From Escherichia phage BAU.Micro_ELP-22, in the sequence record OR699282.2: DNA of 64,000 nt. One strand, 5' to 3'. Under the pieces are notes generated by a model. It was not told the DNA's origin. It made no database searches and was given only the letters and a program-made list of their open reading frames with translations. Numbering within the stretch: the first letter of the stretch is position 1; each line of letters starts with the position of its first letter. Positions 60,846-64,000 of the stretch are shown piece after piece. The position numbers were made by a program, and so were the translations under genes.

Positions 60846-61112
60846 ATGAAGCTTAAATTACAATATAATGGATTTACTTTACGTAATGATACTGAATTTA
60901 TTAATCGTTCTCCTGGTGCTGAACTGTTTTTACGAGAGATGAACATTCCTTTCATCATTACTACAGTGGGCGACCGTGAAGTTCTACAATATGCAGAGCA
61001 TCCGATTATTGATGTTCCTTGGTACTCTGAGCATATGTACATGGATATGGCACGTCGCTACAACTGTAAGTTCGTAGTTGAAGGTGATAAAATTACAGTC
61101 GAATTTAAATAA
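60846..61112 (+). CDS. Hypothetical protein
   Basis: 88 aa; GAGGA RBS. Confidence 0.5.
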   Translation: MKLKLQYNGFTLRNDTEFINRSPGAELFLREMNIPFIITTVGDREVLQYAEHPIIDVPWYSEHMYMDMARRYNCKFVVEGDKITVEFK

Positions 61113-61124
61113 GGTAAATTAAAA

Positions 61125-61418
61125 ATGATCAGTACTTCAGTTAATGAAAGCATCGTCGCTGACGTAGAAATGGTTAAAGAATGTGCAGATGAAACTCTTC
61201 GTGATATGTACATTAATGATTTAATTACTGAATACGGTAGTCGTGGTGTACACGAATTTATTCGTTTAAGTGGAGAGTTGATGAAAAATCGAATTCGTAT
61301 GAAGCTTAACGTACATCCAAAAGCATGGGCATTTACATTAAAATACGCAGAAGATATTGTGAATTTGCGTCGAACTGAAGTATATGAACGTTTGCACAAT
61401 GGTATGTTAGATAAATGA
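61125..61418 (+). CDS. Hypothetical protein
   Basis: 97 aa ORF. Confidence 0.5.
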   Translation: MISTSVNESIVADVEMVKECADETLRDMYINDLITEYGSRGVHEFIRLSGELMKNRIRMKLNVHPKAWAFTLKYAEDIVNLRRTEVYERLHNGMLDK

Positions 61419-61427
61419 TTGTAAAAA

Positions 61428-61457
61428 AGGAATTCTTAAATGAATTCCTTTTTGTTT
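61428..61457 (+). terminator. Rho-independent terminator
   Basis: aggaattc/gaattcct hairpin followed by TTTTT. Confidence 0.7.
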
Positions 61458-61470
61458 ATAAGGTATAGTA

Positions 61471-61692
61471 ATGAAATATATAGTACTTGTACTGATATTA
61501 TTCAGTACTGTTGTAAGTGCTAAACAAAAAGAATATGTTAAATGTATAAATTATGAAGAGAAATATGTTGAAACATATAAAAAAAGTATAATTAAAAACG
61601 TTTCGATTACTAACAGAGCAACAATCATTGTACTTAAAAATGGGTTAATTATGCTATATAAACCACACGTTAAATGTGAAATTATTAATTGA
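61471..61692 (+). CDS. Small secreted protein
   Basis: 73 aa; signal peptide ending VVSA-KQ. Confidence 0.5.
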   Translation: MKYIVLVLILFSTVVSAKQKEYVKCINYEEKYVETYKKSIIKNVSITNRATIIVLKNGLIMLYKPHVKCEIIN

Positions 61693-61699
61693 GGAAATT

Positions 61700-62272
61700 A
61701 TGAATCGTAAAGGTCGTTTTAAAGTATCAAAAAAGAACAAAAGTTCTAGGTTTAAACCTATTGTTTTAACAGTTAAATCTAACAAAGATTTAACTGCACT
61801 TAGTAAAAAGATAATTTCATCTAAGATTGAAGTATCATACGTAAATTCATTAAAATATATGAATGTCAAACCACTGGACCAACTCATTTCACTTATATTT
61901 GAACGTAATGATTTTGAGATATCAGTAGATGATTATAGAGCCTATAATGCTGGTTTCATTAATGTTACTTGTAATAAAAAACTAACTGAGTTGGAAAATT
62001 TGTCATGTATAATAAATCTAGATAAAGGTGTTGTGAAGTACCATTTTGTACATTTCACTAATATCAATAATGGAATGGGTGTACAATCCAGACCTATAGT
62101 GCCTACGTGTGATGTTACTAAATTAGCAAAGCTCAATGATGAAGAATATTTTCAAGAAAGCATTGTAACTGAGCATTTAGATGATATAATAGCTACTTAC
62201 AAAGAATGCATATGGGTGTTGAATGCTATAAAACCTAAATTGTGTTTAATGAATATTGTTCGTGATTTATGA
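61700..62272 (+). CDS. C-terminal FFQ-x-S motif family member (variant)
   Basis: 190 aa from ATG with GAGGAAA RBS; DEEYFQESIVTEH. Confidence 0.5.
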   Translation: MNRKGRFKVSKKNKSSRFKPIVLTVKSNKDLTALSKKIISSKIEVSYVNSLKYMNVKPLDQLISLIFERNDFEISVDDYRAYNAGFINVTCNKKLTELENLSCIINLDKGVVKYHFVHFTNINNGMGVQSRPIVPTCDVTKLAKLNDEEYFQESIVTEHLDDIIATYKECIWVLNAIKPKLCLMNIVRDL

Positions 62273-62285
62273 ATGGGGAATCGTA

Positions 62286-62729
62286 ATGAGTTGGGTAAAT
62301 GTTAATAGTATTGAACTTAACGAACAAGATATTTTTGCATTTGTAAATTTAACTAATAACACAGTACTAAAAGGGCGTTTGTTCAGTGCTAGTGATGGGT
62401 ACAAATGGATCTCTTTGATGGATGATAGTGGTGTGATTTATAATGTAATGCAATTACCCCAATGGGTATATAGTAACACTGCTGACGATGTTCTTACCGC
62501 AGTTATGCGTGAGTTTGAAAAACTCCCAGGTGGTGATATCAAAAACAAAGTTTTTAATGCAGAACGTAAAAATTATACAGCACAGCAATTGGAATCCCTT
62601 GCCATTGCTGCTTATCAAGCTGCTATTAAGAAGCCAGAGTGCGTTATTCTTAAGTATGTACCAGACTTAAAACTTACGTTGGAAGACATGGATGCATTCA
62701 TTTTTACATCTGAACTTGATCAGTACTAA
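62286..62729 (+). CDS. Hypothetical protein
   Basis: 147 aa from ATG with GGGGAA RBS. Confidence 0.5.
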   Translation: MSWVNVNSIELNEQDIFAFVNLTNNTVLKGRLFSASDGYKWISLMDDSGVIYNVMQLPQWVYSNTADDVLTAVMREFEKLPGGDIKNKVFNAERKNYTAQQLESLAIAAYQAAIKKPECVILKYVPDLKLTLEDMDAFIFTSELDQY

Positions 62730-62738
62730 TTTAACTTT

Positions 62739-62766
62739 GGGACAACCATTCTTATTATGATATAAT
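62739..62766 (+). promoter_or_regulatory. Early-type promoter
   Basis: GGGACA -35-like, 16 nt spacer, GATATAAT. Confidence 0.5.
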
Positions 62767-62800
62767 GTTTTATGTCATTCGATATAAATGACAACGGAAC

Positions 62801-62808
62801 TATAAATA
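62801..62808 (+). promoter_or_regulatory. T4-type late promoter box TATAAATA
   Basis: Exact TATAAATA 37 nt upstream of the 62845 start. Confidence 0.5.
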
Positions 62809-62844
62809 TTATAGTAAAATTTATCTCTTATAGGAGTTATAAAA

Positions 62845-63228
62845 ATGGTTGATAAATGGAATAAGAAAGATCCATCACATGATGTTGATATTTCTGGTCT
62901 AGACAATGCACATAAGCACAAGTATCTAGATTCACTAGGTCTTCTAAAACCAGACCAAAGTCTTGCACATGATCGTCCATCCCGTGAAAAAGCATTTAGC
63001 CTAGAATCACTAGGTCATGAGCTTAATCGTGTGTTTGAGGATCACCCAATCTATGTACGTGATATTATCGAGAAACTTAAAGTAACTCCTAAAGAGCACT
63101 TTAAAGCAACTGTACACTCTGCATTCCGTGCATTACATGAATCTCTAAAGAAAACTCACAATCTTCGTAAAATTCATGATGAAATCGTGAATGCTATCGA
63201 AAGTGAAAAACATAAGTTCAAGAAGTAA
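62845..63228 (+). CDS. Hypothetical protein, probably late-expressed
   Basis: 127 aa; TAGGAG RBS; contains KYLDSLGLLKPDQ motif shared with the 63475 ORF. Confidence 0.55.
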   Translation: MVDKWNKKDPSHDVDISGLDNAHKHKYLDSLGLLKPDQSLAHDRPSREKAFSLESLGHELNRVFEDHPIYVRDIIEKLKVTPKEHFKATVHSAFRALHESLKKTHNLRKIHDEIVNAIESEKHKFKK

Positions 63229-63234
63229 TAAAAA

Positions 63235-63260
63235 GGGTTGACTAAGGTCAGCCCTTTGTT
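63235..63260 (+). terminator. Composite terminator-promoter element, copy 2
   Basis: gggttgac-taag-gtcagccc hairpin plus T-rich tail; contains TTGACT. Confidence 0.6.
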
Positions 63261-63296
63261 GTATCATAACTTCTCAATATAACTGAGGTATCATAT

Positions 63297-63410
63297 ATGC
63301 AAGGTTTAAAATTTGTAGTTGCTGCACTCATCGCCGCAGTACTGGTTGGTGGTGTATTCTATGTAGTGGATCAAAAAGTAAATCCACCTGCACAAGAACA
63401 ATCTACGTAA
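63297..63410 (+). CDS. Small membrane peptide
   Basis: 37 aa; GAGG RBS; hydrophobic core VVAALIAAVLVGGVFYVV. Confidence 0.4.
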   Translation: MQGLKFVVAALIAAVLVGGVFYVVDQKVNPPAQEQST

Positions 63411-63418
63411 CAAAATAA

Positions 63419-63440
63419 GGTTGACTTCGGTCAGCCTTTT
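63419..63440 (+). terminator. Composite terminator-promoter element, copy 3
   Basis: ggttgac-ttcg-gtcagcc hairpin plus TTTT; near-identical to copy 1. Confidence 0.65.
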
Positions 63441-63448
63441 CTTTATAC

Positions 63449-63456
63449 TATAAATA
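63449..63456 (+). promoter_or_regulatory. T4-type late promoter box TATAAATA
   Basis: Exact TATAAATA 19 nt upstream of the 63475 start. Confidence 0.5.
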
Positions 63457-63474
63457 TAGACATAGAGAAAAAAA

Positions 63475-64000
63475 ATGAAATCTATGGAGAGAAATCAAAT
63501 GCCAAGTAATTTTACTGATAAAAATGGTGGTAACATGGCTGGTCACTCTGATAAATGGAGTGAACGCAACCGCCGTCCAAATAGTTATCAAGCAGGTCAA
63601 GGTTCACGTGGGTCACGTAATCAAGGAACTGGTCTAGCTGGTAAAGCAAACGCAGAAGCAGGTGAAGTTAAGAGTACTGAGAACATGACTGAGCTAGAAA
63701 AGCTACGTTATGTTAATTCATTGGGACTTCTTAATGCTACACAAAAACAACGTCTAGCTGATATGGAACGTGAAGAAAAAGAAAAATCTGCTCCTGCTAA
63801 AGAAGAACCAAAACAAGAAGCACCAAAGGCGGTTAACCCTGTCAAAGAACTGTCGGATAAGTTAGGTAAGATTTTTGCTAATAAACCACAACTTATCCAA
63901 GGTATTGTGAAAGAATTGCAATCTGTACCTAAAGAAGAATTAAAAGTCAAAGCACAAGCTGTACTTGATGCAATGAGTGGAAATACCAGTACTGAACCAA
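63475..64000 (+). CDS. Hypothetical protein, 3' partial, probably late-expressed
   Basis: Open frame from ATG 63475 to window end (175+ codons, no stop); absent from ORF track because no stop in window; RYVNSLGLLNATQ motif. Confidence 0.55.
   Translation, partial: MKSMERNQMPSNFTDKNGGNMAGHSDKWSERNRRPNSYQAGQGSRGSRNQGTGLAGKANAEAGEVKSTENMTELEKLRYVNSLGLLNATQKQRLADMEREEKEKSAPAKEEPKQEAPKAVNPVKELSDKLGKIFANKPQLIQGIVKELQSVPKEELKVKAQAVLDAMSGNTSTEP

Noticed and set aside
63708-63950. Minus-strand ORF of 80 aa
   Set aside because: Lies antisense within an uninterrupted + strand frame (63475 to window end) that has an ATG, a late promoter and protein-like composition

Overview
This window looks like a T4-like (Tevenvirinae-type) lytic phage genome segment: AT-rich, densely packed, with all but one gene on the + strand. 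The left ~16 kb carries recognisable replication/early functions: a topoisomerase II large subunit as a single fused ORF (5' partial), the topoisomerase II medium subunit, a GroES-like cochaperonin, the clamp loader large subunit and a DexA-like exonuclease. The remaining ~48 kb is a hyperplastic accessory region of about 110 small ORFs driven by sigma70-type early promoters, with a few T4-type late promoters (TATAAATA). The most striking feature is a paralogous family of at least 22 small proteins sharing a C-terminal signature (roughly T-E-E-x-[FY]-F-Q-x-S-[TL]-[IV]-x-[DE]), including a six-gene tandem array; I do not recognise this family. Also present are a tRNA island (tRNA-Ser TGA, Gly TCC, Ser GCT, Met/Ile CAT, Asn GTT, Thr TGT plus two degenerate tRNA-like elements), a five-member MTHEEW mini-protein family, three ORF-free candidate structured RNA regions, a DNA cytosine-5 methyltransferase, a YbiA/NADAR-like protein, an HslV-like peptidase, a sigma-70 family protein and an HNH endonuclease. 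No CRISPR array, integrase or transposase was seen. All calls rest on reading the sequence and on motif recall; no database search was run, and coordinates of promoters and hairpins are approximate to a few nt.
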